Source: Magnetospirillum sp. (GTDB lineage: Bacteria; Pseudomonadota; Alphaproteobacteria; CACIAM-22H2). From it: a stretch of DNA of 64,000 nucleotides. Under the pieces are notes generated by a model, which was given only the letters and a program-made list of their open reading frames with translations, made no database searches and was not told the DNA's origin. This document shows, piece by piece, positions 1 to 9,810 of this stretch. A program made the translations under genes and the position numbers. Each line of letters begins with the position of its first letter. Position 1 is the stretch's first letter. Where the stretch lies: contig JAPZUA010000001.1 of NCBI GenBank assembly GCA_027532905.1, positions 1,111,950-1,175,949 of the forward strand, written 5' to 3'.

Positions 1-532
1 CCTCGTCAAATCGCTGCTGCGCCCGCAAGACCGCCTGATCGCGTGCGAATTGCACGAGGCCGACGCGGCGACGCTGCAACGCACCTTCGCGCGCGAGCGC
101 GGCGTGGAGATCCGCGCGCAAGACGGCTACCAAGCGCTCGCAAGCCTGTGGCCGCCGCGCGAGCGGCGCGGCTTGGCGCTCATCGATCCGCCGTTCGAAC
201 GCACCGACGAATTCGCCGTCCTCGAAAACGCATTGCGCGGCGCCCATCGCCGCTTTGCGACGGGCACGCTCGCAGCCTGGTATCCGATCAAAGGCCGCGC
301 TGCGGTCGATGCGTTTTTGGCCGCGATCGGCGACGGCCGTATTCGACGCGTGAGCGTGGCCGAATTCATGCGCCAGCCGCCCGACGATCCCAAGCGCCTC
401 AACGGCAGCGGCCTCTTGATCGTGAATGCGCCATGGCAATTCGACGAAAAACTGCGCGAGGGCTGGGAATGGTGCGCTGCCGCCCTCGAGATATCGGGCG
501 GCATTCGCATCGAAACGCTGGTCGGCGAATAA
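1..532 (+). CDS. rlmJ: 23S rRNA m6A2030 methyltransferase RlmJ, 5'-truncated by the window edge
   Basis: Frame open from base 2 (LVKSLLRPQDRLIACELH); motifs DGYQAL, LALIDPPFE, AAWYPIK, LNGSGLLIVNAPW typical of RlmJ. Confidence 0.9.
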   Translation, partial: LVKSLLRPQDRLIACELHEADAATLQRTFARERGVEIRAQDGYQALASLWPPRERRGLALIDPPFERTDEFAVLENALRGAHRRFATGTLAAWYPIKGRAAVDAFLAAIGDGRIRRVSVAEFMRQPPDDPKRLNGSGLLIVNAPWQFDEKLREGWEWCAAALEISGGIRIETLVGE

Positions 533-552
533 GTCGCTTTAGGTTGGCCCGC

Positions 553-1218
553 TTAGGTCGGGGGTGCGCCGATCGGGCCGTTGAGTTCGACTGTGACCGC
601 CTCGGGACCTTTGCGCGCAGTCACGACCTTCATGCGCACCGGCTGGCCCGGCGACAGGCTCTGAAGCCCGGCATTGCGCAGCACCGTGATGTGCACGAAC
701 ACGTCCTTGCCGCCGCCATTGGGCTGCACGAAGCCATAGCCTTTGAGGCCGGAGAACCATTTGACCACGCCGTCGAGCGATTCGGCATTCGAGAGATCGA
801 CAGGTGCCTGGTAGCTCGACCGCTCGTTGCCGCCGCGATCGCCCCAGCCGGCACCGCCACCGCCGCCGCGCTCGCCGCCGCGGTCGCGCTCGTAGCCGCC
901 GCCGCGATCGTTGCCCCCGCCCCAGCCTGTCGACGAATTGCTGCGCTCGGTATAGGCCGGGCGCGCACGCGGGGCCGACGGTTGGGCGGTCGACTGGTCG
1001 ACCTCGAGCACACGCAGAACCTGACGGCCCTTGGCGCTCGAACCGACTTCGACCGTCACGCTTGCACCCTCGCCGATCGATTCGTAGCCGGCTTGTTTCA
1101 AAGCCGACAAATGCAGAAAGGCTTCGGCCGATCCGTCGGCGGGCGTGACAAACCCGAATCCTTTGGCCGAATTGAACCACTTCACTGTGGCGCGCATCAT
1201 CCCGTCACCGGCAGGCAT
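553..1218 (-). CDS. Cold-shock protein with two CSD domains and a Gly/Arg-rich linker
   Basis: Two copies of VKWF..KG(F/Y)GFV and (A/V)F(L/V)H motifs; start at ATG 1218 chosen from RBS, could be 1200. Confidence 0.9.
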   Translation of the reverse strand: MPAGDGMMRATVKWFNSAKGFGFVTPADGSAEAFLHLSALKQAGYESIGEGASVTVEVGSSAKGRQVLRVLEVDQSTAQPSAPRARPAYTERSNSSTGWGGGNDRGGGYERDRGGERGGGGGAGWGDRGGNERSSYQAPVDLSNAESLDGVVKWFSGLKGYGFVQPNGGGKDVFVHITVLRNAGLQSLSPGQPVRMKVVTARKGPEAVTVELNGPIGAPPT

Positions 1219-1375
1219 CGTCCCGTCCTCGTCCTTCGCGTCGCAACGACGTTGGTTTGCAATGAAACAGCTTGCGGACGCCTTGCATTGCTCCCGCATT
1301 CGCGTTTTGCATCACAAGGCAGTCGCAATTATACCGCACCGCGCATCGACTCGCAAAGTCCGGAATAGCGCCCCG

Positions 1376-2317
1376 CTAATTGCGGGCGGTCTCGTAGACA
1401 AGTTCGGCCGCCGCAAGATCCTCAAGCGCCGTACCGACCGATTTGAATAGCGTGATTTGATTGTAGAACGAGCGCCCGGCCGCACGCCCTTGCGCCAGTT
1501 CGCCGAGGTCGCCCGCGATCTGCGCCTCGTGCAGCGTGCCGTTGGCCAGCGGCTGCACGATGTCGCCCGCCTCTTTCAGCGCCCCGCCGTAGGTATCGAC
1601 ATAGACGCGCGCGCGCGCGATCGCTTCGTCGTCGGCCTCGCGCATGGCGGGCGTGAAGCCGCCGACCAGATCGATATGCTGGCCCGGTCGCAGCCATGCC
1701 CCTTCGATCAGCGGCGCTTGGCTCAAGGTCGCACAGCTGATCGTGTCGGCCCACGCGGCCGCCTCGGCAAGATTTGCGGCGGCACGCGCGCGCAGGCGGC
1801 GGCCGTCGAAATTGGCGGCCAGGGTCTGCGCCTTTTTGAAGTCGCGACCCCACACGACCAGTTCGCGGATCGGCCGCACCGAGGCGTGGGCGAGGATCAG
1901 ATGCGGCGCCAAAGCGCCCGTACCCACCATCAGCAGCTTTTCGGAATCCTGCCGCGAGAGATATTTGGCTGCCAATGCGGAAGCAGCGGCGGTGCGCTTC
2001 AAGGTCAGCATGCGCCCGTCGATCATGGCGAGCGGCGTGCCGTTGCGCGCCGACAGCAGCAGATAATTGCCCATGACCGACGGCAGACCCGCCGCTCCGT
2101 TCGACGGAAACACGGTCACGATCTTGATGCCGCAATAGCGCCCCGGCTGCCAGGCCGGCATCAGCAGCAGCGTTGCATCGGCCGCACCGGGGACCGGCAC
2201 CGTATGGTGATGGCGCACGGGCACTTGGGCGCCGGTGCGAAAAGCGCCGCGCAGCACTTCGATCAGCGGCCCGATCTCGAGGATGTTTTCGACTTCGCTC
2301 GCGCCGAACACACGCAT
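1376..2317 (-). CDS. Ornithine cyclodeaminase / mu-crystallin family protein
   Basis: LLLMPAW, GIKIVTVFP, LTLKRTAAASALA, GTGALA, ITLFKSVGTALEDLAAA; start could be 2341. Confidence 0.9.
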   Translation of the reverse strand: MRVFGASEVENILEIGPLIEVLRGAFRTGAQVPVRHHHTVPVPGAADATLLLMPAWQPGRYCGIKIVTVFPSNGAAGLPSVMGNYLLLSARNGTPLAMIDGRMLTLKRTAAASALAAKYLSRQDSEKLLMVGTGALAPHLILAHASVRPIRELVVWGRDFKKAQTLAANFDGRRLRARAAANLAEAAAWADTISCATLSQAPLIEGAWLRPGQHIDLVGGFTPAMREADDEAIARARVYVDTYGGALKEAGDIVQPLANGTLHEAQIAGDLGELAQGRAAGRSFYNQITLFKSVGTALEDLAAAELVYETARN

Positions 2318-2354
2318 CGCACCGGGCGGGGCACTGCGCATCGCGGCTGCGGTC

Positions 2355-2708
2355 CTAGACCGGCGGCGTGGGGATAGGCAGCGATGCCGGGCTCGCAGGC
2401 GGTGCGGTTACGGCAGGCGCAGTCGCCGCGATTTTGGCCTTGAGCTCGGCCACTTCGCGAGCCAACGCATCGGCGCGGCGCGTGGCCGCACGCCCGCGGC
2501 TGCGCGCTCGACCGCCGCCGAACCACGCGATCACAGCCCCCAGCGCAAAGCCGATATAGAGGGCACCCACCAACGCCACGAACAGCGGCATTTCAAGCGC
2601 AGGGCCGAGCGGCCAGAAATCGACCGTCGCATCGCCGCGATTGCCAAGAGCGAACAGCCCGGCTGCGGCGGCGAGGATCCCTGCAAAAATCCAATAGAAC
2701 AGCCGCAT
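2355..2708 (-). CDS. LapA (DUF1049) family small membrane protein
   Basis: Two TM segments around FALGNR..VDFWP, coiled C-terminus; conserved position downstream of ihfB. Confidence 0.75.
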   Translation of the reverse strand: MRLFYWIFAGILAAAAGLFALGNRGDATVDFWPLGPALEMPLFVALVGALYIGFALGAVIAWFGGGRARSRGRAATRRADALAREVAELKAKIAATAPAVTAPPASPASLPIPTPPV

Positions 2709-2719
2709 GGAAGCCGGCC

Positions 2720-3013
2720 TCAGCCGGACTTGCCGTCGGTATTGAGCTTCTCGCGCAATTCCTTGCCCGTCTTGAAAAACGGGATGAATTTTTCGGTGAC
2801 ATCGACCGACGTGCCCGTGCGCGGATTGCGGCCGGTGCGAGCCCCCCGTCGCTTGACCGAAAACGCGCCGAAGCCGCGCAGCTCCACGCGATGCCCGCGC
2901 GCAAGCGCCGCCGTGATTTCGTCGAACACCGTGGTGACGATGCGTTCGACGTCGCGTTGATAAAGATGCGGGTTGAGCTCGGCCAGCCGCAAGATCAGTT
3001 CCGACTTGGTCAT
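2720..3013 (-). CDS. ihfB: Integration host factor beta subunit
   Basis: MTKSELI...[13 protein letters not shown]...GRNPRTG...[10 protein letters not shown]. Confidence 0.97.
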   Translation of the reverse strand: MTKSELILRLAELNPHLYQRDVERIVTTVFDEITAALARGHRVELRGFGAFSVKRRGARTGRNPRTGTSVDVTEKFIPFFKTGKELREKLNTDGKSG

Positions 3014-3044
3014 TGCCCCGACACTCCCCAGCGCTTTGATATTG

Positions 3045-3971
3045 TCACCGCAAACGCAAGTCAGGGTGCCAGACGGCCACCAGCCCGTCAAGCCTAAGCC
3101 GTTCGGGCAGATAGGTTTTTCCGAACATCGCCGAAATCGCACTGCGCGCCATGCCGCCCAGGAGCGGCTCGTCGCGCCAAACCTGGATTTCGCGCATCGG
3201 CAAATCGCCGTCGATACCCTTGGTGGCCAGCCAGTCGCGCGCCTCGCCGATCCCGCCCAGCGCATCGACGAGGCCGTTGGCTTTGGCCTGGCGGCCGGTA
3301 TAGACGCGCCCGTCGGCAAGCTTGAGGGCCGTTTCGCGGTCGAAATTGCGCCGCTCGGCCACCATGCCCACGAACATGTCGTACATGTCGTCGATCAACA
3401 GGCGCGTGGCGGCACGGCCCTCTTCGGTCAGCGCCTCGAATGGCGAGGGGACGGCCTTCAAAGGGGCGGATTTGATCGTCTCGGGCACGACGCCGAGTTT
3501 GCCAAGCAAGCCCGTCACGTCGGCCGTCTGCATCAAAACGCCGATCGAACCGGTGATGGTGCCCTCGCGCGCCACAATATGGTCGGCCGCGATCGCGACC
3601 ATGTAGCCGCCCGAGGCCGCAACCTCGCCCAGCACGGCCACAACGGGCTTGTCGGCGGCTATGGCGCGCACCGCGCGAAAGAAGCTCTCGCCGCCCACGA
3701 CCGTGCCGCCGGGGCTGTCGATGCGCAGCACCAGCGCCTTGGCATTGCGCGAGGTCATTGCGTCTTCGAGCGCGTCGATCATCTCGGGATCGTCCGCAAT
3801 CACGCCCGACAGGCGCAGCTCGGCAATGTAAGGCTGGTAGCGGCGCGCAAGGTCGCTGCCGCCGGCCGCAACCGCGATCGCGACCGCCGCCACGACGATC
3901 GCCGCCCCGCGCCACCAAGAGCGCGAGCGCTTCAAACGCCGCCGTTCCGCAATAAGTTCGCCCTCGTCCAT
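3045..3971 (-). CDS. sppA: Signal peptide peptidase SppA (S49, short type)
   Basis: [38 protein letters not shown]-terminal TM; lies between rpsA and ihfB. Confidence 0.92.
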   Translation of the reverse strand: MDEGELIAERRRLKRSRSWWRGAAIVVAAVAIAVAAGGSDLARRYQPYIAELRLSGVIADDPEMIDALEDAMTSRNAKALVLRIDSPGGTVVGGESFFRAVRAIAADKPVVAVLGEVAASGGYMVAIAADHIVAREGTITGSIGVLMQTADVTGLLGKLGVVPETIKSAPLKAVPSPFEALTEEGRAATRLLIDDMYDMFVGMVAERRNFDRETALKLADGRVYTGRQAKANGLVDALGGIGEARDWLATKGIDGDLPMREIQVWRDEPLLGGMARSAISAMFGKTYLPERLRLDGLVAVWHPDLRLR

Positions 3972-4028
3972 GGCCCGCAATCTAGGGCGTCGGGGTGCAT
4001 GTCACAAGCCCCCGCCCGTCCCCAACGC

Positions 4029-4059
4029 AAAAGGGCGGAACCTTTTGGGTTCCGCCCTT
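4029..4059 (-). terminator. Rho-independent terminator after rpsA
   Basis: AAGGGCGGAACC-loop-GGTTCCGCCCTT stem, followed by T residues on the minus strand. Confidence 0.75.
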
Positions 4060-4094
4060 CGCATTTTCGTCCCGCTTTAGGACGCGAAGAAAAA

Positions 4095-5837
4095 CTAGTC
4101 GTTTTCCTTCTCGGCCTTGCGCTTGAGGGCCGCACCCAGGATGTCGCCAAGCGAAGCGCCGGAGTCGGACGAGCCGAACTTCTCCATCGCTTCCTTGTCG
4201 TCCTCGATTTCGCGCGCCTTGATCGAAAGCTGGATCTTGCGGCTGGCGCGGTCGAGCTGGGTGATCTTCGCATCGACCTTTTCGCCGATCGCGTAGCGCT
4301 CGGGGCGCTGTTCGGCGCGGTCGCGGGACAGATCCGACTTGCGGATGAAGCCCGTGACGCCGTCGGCCAGCGTGAGTTCCACGCCGTTGTCCTGCACGGC
4401 CGAAACCGTGCCGGTGATGATGTCGCCCTTCTTGAAGCCTTGGGCGGCCGATTCGAACGGATCGGAGGTGAGCTGCTTGATGCCGAGCGAAATGCGCTCT
4501 TTTTCGACGTCGACGTCGAGCACCTTCACCTTCACGGTGTCGCCCTTCTTGTAGTCCTTGATGGCTTCTTCGCCGGACTTCTCCCAGTCGATGTCCGAGA
4601 GATGGACCATGCCGTCGATGTCGCCGACCAGACCCACGAACAGACCGAACTCGGTGATGTTCTTGATCTCGCCTTCCATCTCGCTGCCGGCCGTGAACTT
4701 CGTCTTGAACACGTCCCAGGGATTGTCAATGCACTGCTTGAGGCCGAGCGAAATGCGGCGCTTGGCGCTGTCGACGTCGAGCACCATCACTTCGACTTCC
4801 TGCGAGGTCGAAACGATCTTGCCCGGATGGACGTTCTTCTTCGTCCAGCTCATTTCCGAGACGTGCACGAGGCCTTCGATGCCGGCTTCCAGTTCCACGA
4901 ACGCGCCGTAGTCGGTGATGTTCGTCACGCGGCCGTTGAAGCGCGCGTTGGCCGGATACTTGGCGGCGACACCTTCCCACGGATCGGCTTCGAGCTGCTT
5001 CATGCCGAGCGAGATGCGCTGGGTTTCGGCGTTGAAACGGATCACCTGCACCTTGACGTGCTGGCCGATCGTCAGCGCTTCCGACGGATGGTTGATGCGC
5101 TTCCAGGCAATGTCGGTCACGTGCAGCAGGCCGTCCACGCCGCCGAGATCGACGAACGCGCCGTAGTCGGTGATGTTCTTGACCACGCCTTCGAGGATCT
5201 GGCCTTCCTTCAGCGAGGCGACCAGTTCCGAACGCTGCTCGGCGCGCGTTTCTTCGAGAACCGCACGGCGCGAGACGACGATGTTGCCGCGGCTGCGGTC
5301 CATCTTGAGGATCTGGAAGGGCTGCGGCGTGCCCATGAGCGGGGTGATGTCGCGCACGGGGCGGATGTCGACCTGGCTGCCGGGCAGGAACGCAACCGCA
5401 CCGCCGAGATCGACCGTGAAGCCGCCCTTGACGCGGCCGAAGATGATGCCGTTGACGCGGGCATTGTCCTTGAAGTTCTTGTCGAGCGCACCCCAGGCTT
5501 CTTCGCGCTTGGCCTTGTCGCGGGAGAGTGCTGCTTCGCCGTGCTTGTCTTCCATGCGTTCGACGAAAACGTCGACCGTGTCGCCGGCCTTGAGCTCGGC
5601 GGGGGCACCGGCGGTGCCGAATTCCTTGAGGGCCACGCGGCCTTCAGCCTTGAGGCCCACATCGATGATGGCGAAATCGCCTTCGATCGAAACGATGCGG
5701 CCCTTGACGACGCGGCCGTCGAACGAGCCGCTTTCGCCGAGCGATTCCTGCAGCAGGGCTGCAAAACTGTCGCTGGCTGCGCCAGCGCTGCCCGATGCGG
5801 CCGCTTCGTGGCCGGTCAGTTTGGATGCTTTCGCCAT
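4095..5837 (-). CDS. rpsA: 30S ribosomal protein S1
   Basis: Repeated S1 domains (DYGAFVDLGG, GLLHVTD, RISLGMKQ); ATG at 5837, the longer ORF extension overlaps cmk. Confidence 0.98.
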   Translation of the reverse strand: MAKASKLTGHEAAASGSAGAASDSFAALLQESLGESGSFDGRVVKGRIVSIEGDFAIIDVGLKAEGRVALKEFGTAGAPAELKAGDTVDVFVERMEDKHGEAALSRDKAKREEAWGALDKNFKDNARVNGIIFGRVKGGFTVDLGGAVAFLPGSQVDIRPVRDITPLMGTPQPFQILKMDRSRGNIVVSRRAVLEETRAEQRSELVASLKEGQILEGVVKNITDYGAFVDLGGVDGLLHVTDIAWKRINHPSEALTIGQHVKVQVIRFNAETQRISLGMKQLEADPWEGVAAKYPANARFNGRVTNITDYGAFVELEAGIEGLVHVSEMSWTKKNVHPGKIVSTSQEVEVMVLDVDSAKRRISLGLKQCIDNPWDVFKTKFTAGSEMEGEIKNITEFGLFVGLVGDIDGMVHLSDIDWEKSGEEAIKDYKKGDTVKVKVLDVDVEKERISLGIKQLTSDPFESAAQGFKKGDIITGTVSAVQDNGVELTLADGVTGFIRKSDLSRDRAEQRPERYAIGEKVDAKITQLDRASRKIQLSIKAREIEDDKEAMEKFGSSDSGASLGDILGAALKRKAEKEND

Positions 5838-5938
5838 TTTAGGATCGGTTCCTTTGGGTCTTTCAGCGCCGGTCGTCCGTAAAGCGCGATGCTTTCGGCC
5901 GACGCCGGGGTCGGGGTTCGCAAGACTAGGGACCATCC

Positions 5939-6550
5939 CTAGCCGCGTGTTTTCGCCGCGATGATTGCCAGCGCTGCTTGGAAGGCGGCGGCGGCGTCCA
6001 GATCCGAGGTATCGAGCAGCTCGGCATCGTCGGCGGGTTTCATCGGTGCGGCAGCGCGTTCGCTGTCGCGTCGATCCCGCTCGGTCAAATCGGCGAAAAC
6101 GCGCTCGTATATAGGGGTTTCGCCGCGCGCAAGCAACTCTTTGAATCGGCGCGTGGCGCGCGCCTCTGCACTCGCGGTCACAAAAATCTTCGCAACCTCG
6201 GGCCACGGGCACACGACCGTGCCCACGTCGCGCCCGTCGAGCACCGCACCGCCCGGCTGGCGCGCGAAATTGCGCTGGAATTCCAGCAGGCTGGCGCGCA
6301 CCGCCGGGACTGCCGAGACGACCGAAGCATGCTTGCCCACCGCCTCGCTGCGCAGATCGGCAGCACCAAGGTCGGCATGCGCAAACTTTGCTGCTGCCGC
6401 TTCGGGCGCCAGATTCTCGCGCAAGGCCTTCGACGCAACCGCGCGATAGAGCGATCCTGTGTCGAGATGCGGCAGGCCGAAATGCGCGGCAAGCGCTTTG
6501 GCAAGCGTGCCCTTGCCGGCCGCAGCCGGGCCGTCGAGGGCGATGATCAA
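5939..6550 (-). CDS. cmk: Cytidylate kinase
   Basis: [44 protein letters not shown] start overlaps the aroA stop. Confidence 0.96.
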   Translation of the reverse strand: MIIALDGPAAAGKGTLAKALAAHFGLPHLDTGSLYRAVASKALRENLAPEAAAAKFAHADLGAADLRSEAVGKHASVVSAVPAVRASLLEFQRNFARQPGGAVLDGRDVGTVVCPWPEVAKIFVTASAEARATRRFKELLARGETPIYERVFADLTERDRRDSERAAAPMKPADDAELLDTSDLDAAAAFQAALAIIAAKTRG

Positions 6551-7920
6551 GCTTGCCCCACCGCGATGTCGCCGCCAAGTTCAGCCATCAGCGCAAGGAA
6601 GTTCGGAAAGCTCGTGGCGATGGCGCCGATATCGTCGACCGACACGGTCTGGCGGCTGGCAAGCCCCATCACGAGGAAGCTCATCGCGATGCGATGGTCG
6701 AGATGCGTGGCGATGGCGGGCGTGTTCGCCGCCATGCCGGGCGGAGCGCCGTCGCAGCCTTCGACAATCAGATCGTCGCCGTCGATGCGCACATCCACGC
6801 CGCATGCAGCAAGCCCGCGCGCCACGGCCGACAGCCGGTCGCTTTCCTTGACGCGCAGTTCGCCCAAGCCCCGCATGATCGTGCGGCCGCGCGCGAACGA
6901 CGCCGCGACCGCCAGGATCGGATATTCGTCGATCATCGAGGGCGCCCGATCCGCCGGCACGTCGACGCCGACGAGCGAAGACGCGCGCACATGGATGTCG
7001 CCGACTTCTTCGCCGGCCGCTTCGCGGCGGTCGCCGATATCGAGCGTGGCCCCCATTTCGCGCAAGGTTTGATAGAGGCCCGTCCGCCGCACATTGAGGC
7101 CGACATTGCGCACGACCACGTCCGAGCCCGGCACGATCAACCCCGCCACGACCGGGAAGGCCGCCGACGACGGATCGCCGGGTACGTGGATCGTGCAGCC
7201 GGCAAGCTCGGGCTGGCCCGTGAGGGCGATGCGCGACACGCCGTTTTCTTCGCGCACGTCGAGCGTGGCGCCGAAATGGCGCAGCATGCGTTCGCTATGG
7301 TCGCGCGTGGGCTCCTTCTCGAGCACGATCGTCTGGCCCGGTGCGGAAAGGCCGGCAAGGAGCACCGCACTTTTGACCTGGGCCGAGGGGACGGGCAGCG
7401 CATATTCGATCGGGATGGGGCTGGCCGCACCGATCACGGTCAGCGGCAGCAACACTTTGCCGTCGGCGGCCCCGCGCGCCACGAAGCGCGCCCCCATCTG
7501 CATCAAAGGTGCGGTGATGCGGCCCATTGGGCGGCGACGCAACGATGCATCGCCCGTGAAGACCGAAACGAAATTGTGGCCCGCCACGAGCCCCATCAGC
7601 AGGCGGGCACCCGTGCCCGCATTGCCAAGATCGAGCACGTCGGCGGGCTCGATCAGGCCGCCGATCCCGCGGCCGCGCGCGCGCCAAATCCCTGTGGCTT
7701 CGTCTTTGGAAATCTTGGCGCCCATTTGGCGCATGGCCGCGGCGGTGCGCAGCACGTCTTCGCCCTCGAGCAGCCCGTGCACGACCGTTTCGCCGACAGC
7801 CAGACCGCCCAGCATCAACGCGCGGTGCGAGATCGATTTGTCGCCCGGAACCGCGACGGCACCCGACAAAGAGGCCCCGCGGCGGGCGACGGCAGGGGTC
7901 GGCTTGGATGCGGCTGACAT
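6547..7920 (-). CDS. aroA: 3-phosphoshikimate 1-carboxyvinyltransferase
   Basis: [47 protein letters not shown]. Confidence 0.98.
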   Translation of the reverse strand: MSAASKPTPAVARRGASLSGAVAVPGDKSISHRALMLGGLAVGETVVHGLLEGEDVLRTAAAMRQMGAKISKDEATGIWRARGRGIGGLIEPADVLDLGNAGTGARLLMGLVAGHNFVSVFTGDASLRRRPMGRITAPLMQMGARFVARGAADGKVLLPLTVIGAASPIPIEYALPVPSAQVKSAVLLAGLSAPGQTIVLEKEPTRDHSERMLRHFGATLDVREENGVSRIALTGQPELAGCTIHVPGDPSSAAFPVVAGLIVPGSDVVVRNVGLNVRRTGLYQTLREMGATLDIGDRREAAGEEVGDIHVRASSLVGVDVPADRAPSMIDEYPILAVAASFARGRTIMRGLGELRVKESDRLSAVARGLAACGVDVRIDGDDLIVEGCDGAPPGMAANTPAIATHLDHRIAMSFLVMGLASRQTVSVDDIGAIATSFPNFLALMAELGGDIAVGQA

Positions 7921-8117
7921 GGGCGAAACCTCGAATTTCCGGGCGGGCGCCGGGTTTTAGCAACCAAGCCCCCCACACGGCAACACGCACGGCAACAAGG
8001 GGCCGCAGCACCAGGGGGCCGCACCCCGCCCGCTGCACCCCGGTTGACAGGGCGGGCCGGACGTGGCATGTCCCGCGCCCGTTCCAAAACGGGCGATTTT
8101 TCGGGGAGCTTCCAGGT

Positions 8118-8444
8118 ATGTCGAAAGCCGAATGGGGTTTGAAGCGGACGTGCCAATCGTGCGGTGCGCGTTTCTACGACCTTACGAAAAGCCCGATCGA
8201 GTGCCCGAAATGCGGTGCGGAATACGATCCGGAAGTGCTGCTGAAGTCGCGTCGCGGCAAAGCGCCGGTCGCAGCGCCGAAGCCCGTCCCGGTCCCCGTC
8301 GCCGACGATGTCGACGCGATCGAGCCGGCGGTGGGCGACGAGGCCGAGGAAGAGGATGCGGTCATCGAAGACACCTCGGAACTGGGCGAGGACGAAGAAG
8401 ACGTCGCCGAAGTGATCGAGAACGTGGAAGACGAGGAACGTTGA
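8118..8444 (+). CDS. TIGR02300 (FYDLN_acid) family protein
   Basis: WGLKRTCQSCGARFYDL...CPKCG and an acidic tail; conserved position between aroA and tRNA-Ala. Confidence 0.92.
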   Translation: MSKAEWGLKRTCQSCGARFYDLTKSPIECPKCGAEYDPEVLLKSRRGKAPVAAPKPVPVPVADDVDAIEPAVGDEAEEEDAVIEDTSELGEDEEDVAEVIENVEDEER

Positions 8445-8469
8445 CCGCCGCATCGGTTCGGCATAAATA
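8441..8469 (+). promoter_or_regulatory. Probable sigma70 promoter of tRNA-Ala
   Basis: TTGACC-17 nt-TAAATA, 45 nt upstream of the tRNA. Confidence 0.55.
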
Positions 8470-8513
8470 ACCGCCTGCCGCCAGCGGGACCCACCCCGCC
8501 GGCCACGAATTTC

Positions 8514-8589
8514 GGGGCCATAGCTCAGCTGGGAGAGCGCCGCAATGGCATTGCGGAGGTCAGCGGTTCGATCCCGCTTGGCTCCACCA
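8514..8589 (+). tRNA. tRNA-Ala(GGC)
   Basis: 76 nt GGGGCCA...TGGCTCCACCA cloverleaf; G3-U70 pair; anticodon arm CCGCA-ATGGCAT-TGCGG; GGTTCGATCCC T-loop; encoded CCA. Confidence 0.97.
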
Positions 8590-8597
8590 TATAGAAC

Positions 8598-8630
8598 AAG
8601 GGCTTAGCTGGAAACAGCTAGGCCCTTTTT
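8598..8630 (+). terminator. Terminator hairpin after tRNA-Ala
   Basis: AAGGGCTTAGCTG-GAAA-CAGCTAGGCCCTT followed by TTT. Confidence 0.8.
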
Positions 8631-8637
8631 CATTTGA

Positions 8638-8692
8638 TTCTACCACCGTTCTACCACGGCAATGGCAAGATATGGCACTTTACGGCATGGCA
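8638..8692 (+). repeat. Putative att arm: tandem TTCTACCAC x2 plus five (T/C)GGCA repeats
   Basis: TTCTACCAC at 8638 and 8649; GGCA at 8658, 8664, 8674, 8684, 8689. Confidence 0.55.
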
Positions 8693-8813
8693 TTGAGCCC
8701 AAAAATCTTCACTCTCGAGAGTCGGGGCGGCTCTCAGCGACCTGCAAAACGTTCATTTTATACCTTGGCGAAATTTTCTCTGCGCATACATTGATTTTTG
8801 AAGGAGATTGATT

Positions 8814-9011
8814 ATGGCAGCCCGTGAAAATTACAGAGCTCATCAAGCCGCTGAATATCTTCAGATTTCTGCGAGTAGTTTAGCTAAGCGTCGCGTCGCG
8901 GGGTCTGGCCCCCAATTTTGCAAACTTGGGCGGATCGTCGTTTACCGGCGTGTCGATCTCGACGCTTGGTTAAACGAAAATTCCCGCGAAAGCACCTCGG
9001 AAGCGTCATAG
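8814..9011 (+). CDS. AlpA/excisionase-like helix-turn-helix protein
   Basis: 65 aa; QAAEYLQIS.SSLAKRRVAGSGPQFCKLGRIVVYRRVDLDAWL; RBS AAGGAG. Confidence 0.88.
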   Translation: MAARENYRAHQAAEYLQISASSLAKRRVAGSGPQFCKLGRIVVYRRVDLDAWLNENSRESTSEAS

Positions 9012-9199
9012 TAGGTCCGGTCCTCGGTCGCGGAGTAGGCGGGAGCGACGCCGACGGCCCGCGCGCCCTTTTGGGAACGCCGTAGCGGACCGATGGCGGC
9101 TCGGGCGGCTACCGTCGATTCGTGGGTTAGCGTTGGTTTGCAGACGCCCCCCATAAACCTGAGGACCACCGATGACCGGTGAGATCATGAACCTTCGGC

Positions 9200-9291
9200 T
9201 GCTTTTGTCTATGAATCGGCGCTTAACTTTGACCACGGCATTAATATGAAGGATCCAAAGGACCTAAGCGCAGATCCGGTTGTTTAGAGGG
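9200..9291 (+). repeat. Long inverted repeat, left copy (partner 11759-11850)
   Basis: 72/92 ungapped identity by manual alignment with the reverse complement of 11759-11850; exact core GGACCTAAGCGCAGAT. Confidence 0.85.
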
Positions 9292-9519
9292 CTCACGATT
9301 GAACGCTGAATAGCCGTCGATTATACTCCGACCAAGATCAAACGCTTTCATTCTGATGTCCCTACGCGCCCACTGAATTGAGCGCCGCTTATAATTGTTT
9401 CTCGAAGGCAGTTTTGTTAAGCCCGGCCAATTTCGCAAGATTTATCGCAATGCTCGCAGTGTCACTGCTTGATGTGCTGGTGGGACGCTGGCGCGGGTAC
9501 CCCCCTCTAAGTCTGCCAA

Positions 9520-9783
9520 CTATTTCTTCTTATTGTGAGCGCGTATGCCGATGGGGCGTGTCCCGACGGCACCACGATCTGCCGGCAAATCGCTGGGCTT
9601 CAACTTTTCAATCAATAGTTCGACCGTCGCGGGGATTCGGCGGATGCCTTGCTCCCAGTTTTTCAACGTACCTTTCGCAACGCCCAAGACCTCGGCCGCT
9701 TGCGCTTGCGTGAGATTGTTTTTGGTACGCCAGCTATAGAGCGCGTCGGGACCGAAATTTTTCATTCCCTCAAAATACGTCAT
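9520..9783 (-). CDS. XRE-family HTH transcriptional regulator
   Basis: WRTKNNLTQAQAAEVLGVAKGTLKNWEQG; start could be 9765. Confidence 0.88.
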   Translation of the reverse strand: MTYFEGMKNFGPDALYSWRTKNNLTQAQAAEVLGVAKGTLKNWEQGIRRIPATVELLIEKLKPSDLPADRGAVGTRPIGIRAHNKKK

Positions 9784-9810
9784 TGGTGCCTCGAGTGCGA
9801 GAGAAAATCC

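Noticed and set aside
2973..5882. 969-aa plus-strand ORF and similar long antisense ORFs (43-1368, 6553-7917 and others)
   Set aside because: Shadow frames opposite well-supported high-GC genes; no motifs
5838..6578. N-terminal extension making RpsA 827 aa
   Set aside because: Overlaps cmk in another frame; S1 homology begins after ATG 5837
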